Part shown: piece after piece, positions 38,901 to 50,900 of the stretch
Position numbering within the stretch: the stretch's first letter is position 1
Layout: each line of letters begins with the position of its first letter
NCBI RefSeq assembly: GCF_003918875.1
Contig: NW_025767547.1
Span: 124,001 to 188,000, forward strand
Source: Haliotis rubra
Taxonomy: Eukaryota
Reading direction: 5' to 3'
Length of the DNA stretch: 64,000 nt
Translations under genes and position numbers: made by a program
The notes under the pieces: model-generated
The model's input: only the letters and a program-made list of their open reading frames with translations
What the model was told of the DNA's origin: nothing
The model's database searches: none

Positions 38901-41900
38901 ATACAATACCGTGGCCTCAAACCGACTGTGGAGAGACTTGGGTAAGCTAGTCATACAATACCGTGGCCTCAAACCGACCGTGGAGACACTTGGGTAAGCT
39001 AGTCATACAATACCGTGGCCTCAAACCGACCGTGGAGAGACTTTGGGTAAGCTAGTCATACAATACCGTGGCCTCAAACCGACCGTGGAGACACTTGGGT
39101 AAGCTTAGTCATACAATACCGTGGCCTCAAACCGACCGTGGAGAGACTTGGGTAAGCTTAGTCATACAATACCGTGGCCTCAAACCGACCGTGGAGACAC
39201 TTGGGTAAGCTTGTCATACAATACCGTGGCCTCAAACCGACTGTGGAGAGACTTGGGTAAGCTAGTCATACAATACCGTGGCCTCAAACCGACCGTGGAG
39301 AGACTTGGGTAAGCTAGTAGTCATACAATACCGTGGCCTCAAACCGACCGTGGAGAGACTTGGGTAAGCTTAGTCATACAATACCGTGGCCTCAAACCGA
39401 CCGTGGAGAGACTTGGGTAAGCTAGTCATACAATACCGTGGCCTCAAACCGACCGTGGAGACACTTGGGTAAGCTAGTCATACAATACCGTGGCCTCAAA
39501 CCGACCGTGGAGACACTTGGGTAAGCTAGTCATACAATATCGGGCCTCAAACCGACCGTGGAGAGACTTGGGTAAGCTAGTCATACAATACCGTGGCCTC
39601 AAACCGACCGTGGAGAGACTTGGGTAAGCTAGTCATACAATACCGTGGCCTCAAACCGACCGTGGAGAGACTTGGGTAAGCTAGTCATACAATACCGTGG
39701 CCTCAAACCGACCGTGGAGACACTTGGGTAAGCTAGTCATACAATACCGTGGCCTCAAACCGACCGTGGAGAGACTTGGGTAAGCTAGTCATACAATACC
39801 GTGGCCTCAAACCGACCGTGGAGAGACTTGGGTAAGCTAGTCATACAATACCGTGGCCTCAAACCGACCGTGGAGACACTTGGGTAAGCTAGTCATACAA
39901 TACCGTGGCCTCAAACCGACCGTGGGAGACTAGGGTAAGCTTAGTCATACAATACCGTGGCCTCAAACCGACCGTGGAGAGACTTGGGTAAGCTAGTCAT
40001 ACAATACCGTGGAGCCTTGGAAACCATACAATACCGTGGAAACCGACTTGGAGAGACTTGGGTAAGCTAGTCATACAATACCGTTGCCTGAAACCGACCG
40101 TGGAGACACTTGGGTAAGCTAGTCATACAATACCGTGGCCTCAAACCGACCGTGGAGACACTTGGGTAAGCTAGTCATACAATACCGCGTAAGGCCTCAA
40201 ACCCGTGGCCTCAAACCTCAAGCCCGTGGAGACACTTGGGTAAGCTAGTCATACAATACCGTGGCCTCAAACCGACCGTGGAGACACTTGGGTAAGCTAG
40301 TCATACAATACCGTGGCCTCAAACTGACCGTGGAGACACTTGGGTAAGCTAGTCATACAATACTGGTAGTTATTTTGTTCCACTGTCCAGGACAGGTCTG
40401 TATTTTTAAAATAAATAATGCCTCTGGTTTTTAGCCTAAAATATGTGACAAATTTCATACAATTTACTTCACCATTGAAACAAATGATAGCACAAGGATT
40501 GTAGACTTGGAACTCCATGGTATAGTTATGGTGGATAACAATTCATCTAAGTGTTATTTACGTCTATTTTTATGAAAAATAATACCTCTGTTTTTTAGCC
40601 TTGGAATTCTATGGTGTGGTTTTGAGGGATAGCAATTCTTTGGAGTATTATTTACGTCTTCACAAACATAATGTCTCCTTCCCACCCTTCCTGGACTAAC
40701 AAGTGCTTCCACTTTCACTATTAATGTCATTATTTACAGAACTCGAATTTATTTTCAAAGCACAGGGATTTGTAATGCAAAAAACTTGCAGGTATATATT
40801 GTCACTACTGGGGTCTCAACACTATATAAAAGGATGCTAGTCTTTAAATTTTAAAATTACAAGACACTATGGTTCAAAGCTTGTTAAACCAAACTCACTT
40901 ACCGTGTGGAAAATGTGTCTCCATATAAAATAGGGACATTATGAACAGTTCTCTCTATCATTGAATGTTGGTTTGTGAAACTCAAACTCATTGAAATTAT
41001 TGAGTGAAATTGAGAAATGGATTTATTCCCGTTTCTGATTTGTTCACAGGTCATCAGGGATGTTTCCACTGGGCAGTGGTCAAACCTTGGGTAAGATCTG
41101 TATATTTACTACATATGATTGTGGCAGGTATGAAGTAATGTAAGATTTGGTTCATTTGAAGTTGTCATTGTCTATAGTTTTAACGCAAGCAGTATCATTA
41201 TTAAGCGTTAGTCTATGGTTATTTTTAGATCTTGCCTAGTCCATTACGGGTATAAGGGGTGTCAAGAGATTGTGTCATCGCTTGTGTTGTGCCCTTTGAC
41301 TTGCTTGGCCCCTTGTGTCGATTGGTTCTTTTAAAACACTCAACACTAACGGCACGTCAGCCATTGCACTTCACTTCAATCCGATCGCAGTTCAGAGCAC
41401 AAACAACTAACACGTCAGATCTAAAGCAGCAATATATTCATCTTGGAGACGTGGCTCTTCTACACCCCAGTGTCACGCACAGGGGTGTCTGTCAATAAAG
41501 AATAGATCCGACATACCGTAACCAGTGTCTGGTCCTCAGTATTCCCATTCACGTCCCGGTTACATGATTATTTTTTTATGTTGTATGTGTTCCCCCTAGG
41601 ATTCAGAAAGGGCAGGGTAACTTTAAAAAAAAGGGCACTTCATAATCTAAAAGGGCATTTTGGTGAGGATTATTGAAAAAATAACAATAACAAAATGTAT
41701 ATGAAGTCAAATGCTCTTATAATTTTATTTTTAAAGTTCATTTATTACTCTTCTCATTTTGTATTTTAAGATCAAAATTTGGAGAAAAAAAAGCATTTCA
41801 AGGCATTAATCTGTTATCACATTTGTTTACAATTTCACAAAACACGCAAACAACAATTTACAGTCTTCTTTTCTTTCTTGCCAAGTATCTGTTCACAACT

Positions 41901-44900
41901 TTCTTCAAGTCAATGTCTGAAACTGACGATGCATTCAGGCTAATCATGAGAAGTCCGTCCCTAATAAAATCCGGAAAATACACACGGGTTGTTGTAAAAT
42001 CAAGCACAGCTGGAAAAAAAACTGGGATTGAGGCGAAAAGGGCAGGGCGCAAAACAAAAAGGGCAGGGCGCAAAAATCAAAGGGCAGGGCGCAGCGCCCT
42101 CCTAAATGTGCCTAGGGGGAACACTACATACAGCATTGTAGATCCTATTAGTTCCTGTATATTGTTCCAAGTGCAAACGGTAGGTGCCCTGATTACGAGT
42201 GTCTGGACTGATGAGGTTTCAGTGTATGGAGTGTCCTGATGTTGTAGTACAGGTGGCGGCAGGTCCGATGGCTAAAGACGTTGACAGCCTGATGATGTGC
42301 ATGAAGGCTTTACTGGTCCCTGCCCTCAGCAATGCCTGGCCTTTGGTTCAGATTGTGCCCTTTGACACCGAGGTGAGTAGCCCAGGTATTGTGGGTGTTA
42401 AAATCTGCATCTAATGTTGGTTGGTTGGTATGTTGTTTAACGCCACACACAGCAATATTCCAGCTATATGACGGCAGTCTGTAAATAATTGAGGCTGGAC
42501 CAAACAACCCAGGGATCAGCAGCATGAGCATCAATCTACACAATTGGGATATAAAGTTTCAACCAAGTCAGCGAGCCTGACCACCCTATCCCGTTAGTCG
42601 CATCTTCCGACAAGCATGGGTTACTGAAGACGAATTCTTACTTGGATCTTCACGGGTCCTGCATCTCAAGTGTTTCTGTTTGTGAATGTACTTGAATAGA
42701 AAGTCTTTAACAAGGTGATAGTGACGCAGATGGTAAAATGATGGTTTAGTGGATAGAGCATGTACGGAAGGATGGTAGCTCGGTACTTGGGAGGGTCGCG
42801 CCAATCAATCATTGAATGTTACTTCGATCATTCTTGTTAGGTGATAAAACGAGGACTCTCAGCCCCGAGTCTGTGTGCTGTGTCAGAGTGAAGTGTTCAT
42901 GTTATTTTGTGGCAAGTCATGTGTCTGTACAAGCTGACATGTGCATGCCTGATGCTATGCTGTTGTTCCCCCATTTTATTGTTCAGGGGTGGAACTGGTT
43001 CCTATGAATAGCTCAACAATGTGCCCACTTTGAAAGATCATCTGATGGGTGTCCTCATGCCCTGATGGTGTGGGTGACCTGCCTGTATTAATATCCTTTC
43101 ATGTTAACATTGCAGAACACAGCAGGTGTGCAGAGCGGGAGCTTTCCACACAGATAGTCATGCCTAATGAGGTTTTACTGTGTGTCTATTTCAGATTTAT
43201 GAGAGCAGGAAGTCATTACGTATTGGCTACTTTAAAAGCAATGGTTTCCTGGAACCTGTCCCTGCAGTGGAGAGAGGTGTGGACATGGCCGTTGTAGCAC
43301 TGAAGAAGAGAGGTCACACCGTATGTAGTTTGTAGGATCACGCTGTATGTAGTTTGTAGGGCCACACTGGGTGTAGCGTGACAATGGGTGTAGGGTCTCA
43401 CGGTATGTAGTGTCACACTGGGTGTAGTGTGAAGGGTCACACTGGGTGTAGTGTGAAGGGTCACACTAGGTGTAGGGTCAAACTGTGTAGGGTCACACTG
43501 GGTGTAGGGTCAAACTCTGTGTAGGGTCACACTGGGTGAAGGGTCAAACTCTGTGTAGGGTTACACTGTGTATAGGGTCACACTGGGTGAAGGGTAAAAC
43601 TCTGTGTAGGGTTACACTGGGTGAAGGGTCATACCATATGTAGTGTAAAGGGTCGAACCAGGTGTAGGGTCACACTGTGTGTAGGGTCAAACCGGGCGTA
43701 GGATCACCCTGTAGGGTCAAACTGGGCGTACGGTCACACTGTGTAGGGTCAAACTGGGTGTAGGATCACACTGTGTAGGGTCAAACTAGGTGTAGGATCA
43801 CACTGTGTAGGGTCAAACTGGGTGTAGGATCACACTTTGTGTAGGGTCAAACTGGGTGTAGGGTCAAACTGGGTGTAGGATCACACTGTATAGGGTCAAA
43901 CTGGGTGTAGGATCACACTGGGTGTAGGGTCAAACTGGGTGTAGGATCACACTGTAGGGTCAAACTGGGCGTAGGATCACACTGTGTAGGGTCAAACTGG
44001 GTGTAGGATCACACTGTGTGTAGGGTCAAACTGGTTGTAGGGTCAAACTGGGCGTAGGATCACACTGTAGGGTCAAACTGGGTGTAGGATCACACTGTGT
44101 GTAGGGTCAAACTGGGTGTAGGATCACACTGTAGGGTCAAACTGGGCGTGAGATCACACTGTGTAGGGTCAAACTGGGCGTAGGATCACACTGTGTAGGG
44201 TCAAACTGGGTGTAGGATCACACTGTAGGGTCAAACTGGGTGTAGGATCACACTGTGTGTAGGGTCAAACTGGGTGTAGGATTACACTGTAGGGTCAAAC
44301 TGGGTGTAGGATCACACTGTAGGGTCAAACTGGGCGTAGGATCACACTGTGTGTAGGGTCAAACTGGGTGTAGGATCACACTGTGTGTATGGTGAAACTG
44401 GGTGTAGGGTCACACCGGGTGTAGGGTCACACTGTGTGTAGGGTCACACCGGGTGTAGGGTCACACCGGGTGTAGGGTCACACCGTGTGTAGGGTCACAC
44501 TGTGTAGGGTCACACCGGGTGTAGGGTCACACCCGGTGTAGGGTCACACCGTGTGTAGGGTCACACGGTGTGTAGGGTCACACCGGGTGTAGGGTCACAC
44601 TGTGTGTAGGGTCACACTCTACGTTACATTTGACCACATTGTGAAAGGCATAGTGTATTCAAGTTTTTCTATCGTGATTTGCAGTAACAATGGTCCAGCC
44701 AAGCAGTAACTGATAACAATATATGGTCCAGCCAAGCAGTGACTGATAACTCCCACACAAGTCCCTTGTACCCACGGGTGTGTTGATGTTGCAGGTGGTG
44801 AAGTTTGAGCCTCCACGGGTGAGGTACATGTTTAATGACCTCTTTACGAAGGCTGTGTTTGGAGATGGCGGGGCAGAAGCTAACTCCTATCTGTGAGTAG

Positions 44901-47900
44901 CCATTCTTGGAGATTGTTGGACCAAGAATCAGTCATGGATTTTACCATTCCATTAAAACCATGAATGCATAACAGTGATGAACTGTTTACCACATCTATA
45001 TGATTCATCTTTCTCAATCAAAACCTTGAACAAAGTATTCACCTATCAATATATATGGCTGCCGCTCTGCCTTTTGTAATTGGATTTGCATGTTACATTC
45101 ATGTTCTATGTTTAAAGTACATACAATAAATTAACTGTTTATTATCTGTCAATGAAATTACATAAAATCCTTTGGTCATTACCATCATTTGAAAAGATGG
45201 TGAGTGACCTATTGATACGGTCGGGGTCACAGTGAAGGTAATTCTTTTTATGATTTTTAAAAAAAATTGAATACTCATACGTAATAATTGACAATATGAT
45301 AATCAGTAATATGTGACATAATATATGTTGCTGAGGGTTGACCATGAGGAGTTATCTCCCCTTGGCTTGTCTTCCTGTTCCTGTCAAGCACTGACAAATG
45401 GAGGAGTTATCTCCCCTTGGTTTGTCATGTTGTGCCTGTCAGGCACTGAGACCAATGGAGGTGTTATCTCGCTATGGCTCGTCCTACTTGACCTGTCAGG
45501 CACTGAGACCAATGGAGGTGTTATCTCCCTATGGCTTGTCCTACTGGAGTTGTCAGGCACTGAGACCAATGGAGGTGTTATCTCCCTATGGCTTGTCCTA
45601 CTGGAGCTGTCAAGCACTGAGACCAATGGAGGTGTTATCTCCCTATGGCTTGTCGTACTTGACCTGTCAAGCACTGAGACCAATGGAGGTGTTATCTCCC
45701 TATGGCTTGTCCTGCTAGACCTGTCAGGCACTGAGACCAATGGAGGTGTTATATCCCTATGGCTCGTCCTGCTGGACCTGTCAGGCACAGAGACCAATGG
45801 AGGTGTTATCTCCCTATGGCTCGTCCTACTTGACCTGTCAGGCACAGAGACCAATGGAGGTGTTATCTCCCTATGGCTTGTCCTGCTGGAGCTGTCAGGC
45901 ACTGAGACCAATAGAGGTGTCAAATAAGGATGGGATAGAGATCCAGATGACTGACAACTAAAGACATACAGCATCTTACTTTGCTGCTAAGTTCATGAAG
46001 GAGGCACAATAGGACACAATTTATAGATATGATCAATATGCATGAAAGATGAATGTACTGGATAAACAACTGACAATGAGATGTGTATTGTATACTGACC
46101 ATTTACTGTGCTGTTATTGTTGTTCTGGATCGAAGCATAGGTTAGGAAAGAGACCAGTCTTTAAAGGATTGGTGATAAACAACAGTTCCACTGTGAAACA
46201 AAACCATATCATCAGTGTTTGTTTACTGAGGATCAGCTAGGAAGCAATGTCAGATGTTAATCTGGGTTACTGTTTTATCCATATTGTTCTCAGGGACAAT
46301 GATGTGTTGGACCCCAGCTGTCGACTTAGTTACTACGTCCTCAAGATCCCATACTTAGTGAAGCTGCCTCTCAGCCTGCTGGTGCAGCTCATTGTGAGTA
46401 TATGGAGGGGTGCAGCTCATTGTGTGTATATGGAGGGGTGCAGCTTTTTGTGTGTAATTGAAGGGGTGCAGCTCATTGTGTGTATATGAAGGGGTGCAGC
46501 TCATTGTGTGTATATGAAGGGGTGCAGCTCACTGTGTATATGGAGGGGTGCAGCTTTTTGTGTGTAATTGAAGAGGTGCAGCTCATTGTGTCTATATGGA
46601 GGGGTGCAGCTCATTGTGTGTATATGAAGGGGTGCAGCTCATTGTGTGTAATTGAAGGGGTGCAGCCCATTGTGTGTAATTGAAGGGGTGCAGCCCATTG
46701 TGTGTAATTGAAGGGGTGCAGCTCATTGTTTGTAATTGAAGGGGTGCAGCTCATTGTGTGTAATTGAAGGGGTGCAGCCCATTGTGTGTAATTGAAGGGG
46801 TGCAGCTCATTGTGTGTGTATGGAGGGGTGCAGCTCATTGTGTCTATATGGAGGGGTGCAGCTCATTGTGTGTAATTGAAGGGGTGCAGCTCATTGTGTG
46901 TAATTGAAGGGGTGCAGCCCATTGTGTGTAATTGAAGGGGTGCAGCCCATTGTGTGTATGGAGGGGTGCAGCTCATTGTGTGTAATTGAAGGGGTGCAGC
47001 CCATTGTGTGTGTATGGAGGGGTGCAGCCCATTGTGTGTATGGAGGGGTGCAGCTCATTGTGTGTAAATGAAGGGGTGCAGCCCATTGTGTGTAATTGAA
47101 GGGGTGCAGCCCATTGTGTGTGTATGGAGGGGTGCAGCTCATTGTGTGTAATTGAAGGGGTGCAGCTCAATGTGTAGATGGAGGGTTGCAGCTCATTGTT
47201 TGTAATTGAAGGGGTGCAGCTCATTGTGTCTATATGGAGGGGTGCGTCCATTGTGTGTATATGGAGGGGTGCGTCCATTGTGTGTATATGGAGGGCTCCA
47301 GCTCATTGTGTGTATATGGAGGGTTGCAGCTCTGTGTGTAGATGGAGGGGTGCAGCTCATTGTGAGTATATGCTATGTGGAGGGTGCAGCTTGTGACTAT
47401 ATACTGTGTGGAGGGTGCAGCTCATTGTGTGCATAAATAGCGGTGCAGCTCATTGTGTGTATATGCTGTGTGGAGGGTGCAGCTTATTGTGTGTATATGC
47501 TGTGTGGAGGGTGCAGCTCATTGTGTGTATATAGGGGTGCAGCTCATTGTGTGTATATGCTGTGTGGAGCTTATTGTGTGTATATGCTGTGTGGAGGTTG
47601 CAGCTCATTGTGAGTATATACTGTGTGGAGGGTGCAGCTCATTGTGAGTATATACTGTGTGGAGGTTGCAGCTCATTGTGAGTAAATACCGTGTGGAAGG
47701 ATGCCGCTCATTGTGTGTATATATATATAGGGATGCAGCTCATTGTGTGTATATGGAGGGGTGCAGCTCGTGTGTATATGGAGGGGTGCAGCTCAGTGTG
47801 AGTAGATGCTATGAGCAGGTTACAGCTAAATGTGAGTATATTGTGTGTAGAAGGTACAGCTCATTTTGGGTACATGCTTTGTGGAGGTCAGTGTAAGTAT

Positions 47901-50900
47901 ACACTGTTTTGGGAGGGGACTGTTGAAGGTTATTGTGTTTGACACTGGCCTGTTTGATGGAGATGCTAGTGCTACCAAGATGATATCTCTGCTGTTACAG
48001 GATGCAGATGCTGCGGAGACGATCAAACTGAAACAGGAGTAAGACTCAATATTTTACTAATTTTCTTACTGAAATAGGGCACAAGATGGCCGACAGAGCG
48101 GAGCTCACTGTGCTTAGTTACATCTGGTAAAAAAGCCAGCACTTCGCATGTTTCAAACTGGATTTGCCTTTATCTTGATTTTGGAACTGTAACCCTTGAT
48201 TGGACCATGATCTAAATTATCACAAAATTCATATTTGCCTCTGTAAATTTCTTTTCCATTGTTAACCTCTCACGCTGTCACTCACTCACACTCTCTCTCA
48301 CTCACTCACTCACTCACTCACTCACTCACTCACTCACTCACTCACTCACTCACTCATAAGGAGTTGTTGATTAAGGGTATACTCAGTCCAACTATACATC
48401 CTTTTTGTGTCCTCAGTAGTTGAGCTATTCAAGGTTCATATGCTTACGTCTTGAGTTTTTCCGAATCTGTAAATGTCCATTTGAAATCAGATATGTTAGT
48501 GTCAATTTTGAATTGAGCAAATTCAGTAGTTTTGTATTCTGACTAAATTGAACACACAGGTTTGTTTCCATCCTGAGGAACTAAAATATACAAACCCGTC
48601 ATGATCGTGTTCTGCCCTCAGGAAGTCCAAGCACCTCAACGTGCAAGGATGACTTTTTAGTGTGGTGGTCCGATTAATTGAAATAATCGAAGATTGGTCG
48701 CAGTGGCCAAACGACCAAGCAATCGATCACATTTTCTCATAATCGAACACAAACGATTTTGGAACCGCTGTAATAGAGTTTGAAATACTTGATGATTGAA
48801 CATATCTAGGACGTTGTCAGGGCCTGAAAACGTGTTTATTTCTAAGAAAACTCACTTCACTTTCTGAAAAGTCATGACTGAATATTTCTTGAAGAATCTG
48901 GGAAGTTAATGTTACACTGGAACTGAATCATTTTACACTGGATGTGAAATCTGCAAATGTAATTTGTGCAGTTTCTAAAAACAACAACAGAGAACCAAAT
49001 GTTTTTTTCTTTATACTTATCTGCAACTACAACCTGAATAGGAAAATCTAAAAAATGACGCTAACCAATTTTTTTTCGATGATTGGTCGTTGGTATTGAA
49101 CCAATCATCAATTGTGAGATTTCAACCAATTCCCAACACTAGTCGGGCAAGCAAATTTCTGGTCATTATATTCCGATACTTATGATGTCAATCACTGGAT
49201 TGTCTGGTTCAGACTTATTATTACAGTCACCATATTTATCTAGCTGTATACAACACTAATCAACACACAATAAACAGGATTGTCTGCTTACATATGTACA
49301 CTGCTGAACTTGCATCAAATAAGGCTTTGCTGCCATCAAGAGATGATTGGAAAACAAAGGTTAGCCCACAGACTGTTTCATACAGAGCTAAATTTGTCAG
49401 TAAAATCAGTATTTGAATTACTTCTCATCATGTGTTCAAAGAAATTGTTTCTTTCTGTTCATGGTCAGATCAATGCTCATGCTGTTGATCACTGGATTGT
49501 CTGGTCCAGACTCGATTATTTACAGACCGCCGCCATATAGCTGGAATATTGCTGAGTGCAGCGTAAAACTAAACTCACTCACTCACTCACTCATGGTCAG
49601 ATGTAGATTCACTGTGGTTTTATGACAAGTCAGAATACAGGCTAGCTATTCTCGAAATGTCCGTAGCCCAACAAACTTCTTAAGCCCATTCTAAACACAT
49701 TGGCTACGATCAAAGTTAAGCATTCTTAGGGCTACAAACGTTTCGAGAATAAGGGTCCAGGATTCTTCGACATAAAAGTGTACTTACCAGGCGGTGTGGT
49801 TTGGTGCCGGTTTCACGATTGTTTACCATTCCTTGCAGAACCGTGCCACAGTGGTTCAAACTAGCAGAGGATATAGAGGTGAGATGGTGTGAAATATGTC
49901 TGATGAGATAATAGAACTCGCTATCTGCCATAGATGAGAATAGAATAGCAAGGTCTGCCGTCATTGAGCATAAAATAGCGACGTCTATCTGCCATCATTG
50001 AGCATAGAACAGAGAGGTCTATCTGCCATCATTGAGCATAGAACAGAGAGGTCTATCTGCCATCATTGAGCATAGAATAGCGACGTCTATCTGCCATCAT
50101 TGAGTATAGAACAGAGGTCTATCTGCCATCATTGAGTATAGAACAGAGGTCTATCTGCCATCATTGAGCATAGAACAGAGAGGTCTATCTGCCATCATTG
50201 AGCATAGAACAGAGAGGTCTATCTGCCATCATTGAGCATAGAACAGAGAGGTCTATCTGCCGTCATTGAGCATAGAATAGCGACGTCTATCTGCCATCAT
50301 TGAGCATAGAACAGAGAGGTCTATCTGCCATCATTGAGCATAGAACAGAGAGGTCTATCTGCCATCATTGAGCATAGAATAGCGACGTCTATCTGCCATC
50401 ATTGAGTATAGAACAGAGGTCTATCTGCCATCATTGAGCATAGAACAGAGAGGTCTATCTGCCATCATTGAGCATAGAACAGAGAGGTCTATCTGCCATC
50501 ATTGAGCATAGAACAGAGAGGTCTATCTGCCGTCATTGAGCATAGAATAGCGACGTCTATCTGCCATCATTGAGTATAGAACAGAGGTCTATCTGCCATC
50601 GTTGAGCATAGAATAGCAAGGTCTATCTGCCATCATTGAGAATAGAATAGCAAGGTCTGCCATCATTGAGCATAGAACAGAGAGGTCTATCTGCCGTCAT
50701 TGAGCATAGAATAGCGACGTCTATCTGCCATCATTGAGCATAGAACAGAGGTCTATCTGCCATCGTTGAGCATAGAATAGCAAGGTCTATCTGCCATCAT
50801 TGAGCATAGAATAGCAAGGTCTATCTGCCATCATTGAGCATAGAACAGAGAGGACTGTCTGCCATCATTGAGCATAGAACAGAGAGGTCTATCTGCCATC

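Noticed and set aside
37870-40363. CRISPR-like regular array
   Set aside because: Head-to-tail identical units with no unique spacers, in a eukaryotic intron with no cas genes.
45325-45974. ORFs of about 200 aa with 19-aa repeats on both strands
   Set aside because: The 57-bp unit is a multiple of 3, the array is intronic, and FAAH-B is complete without it.
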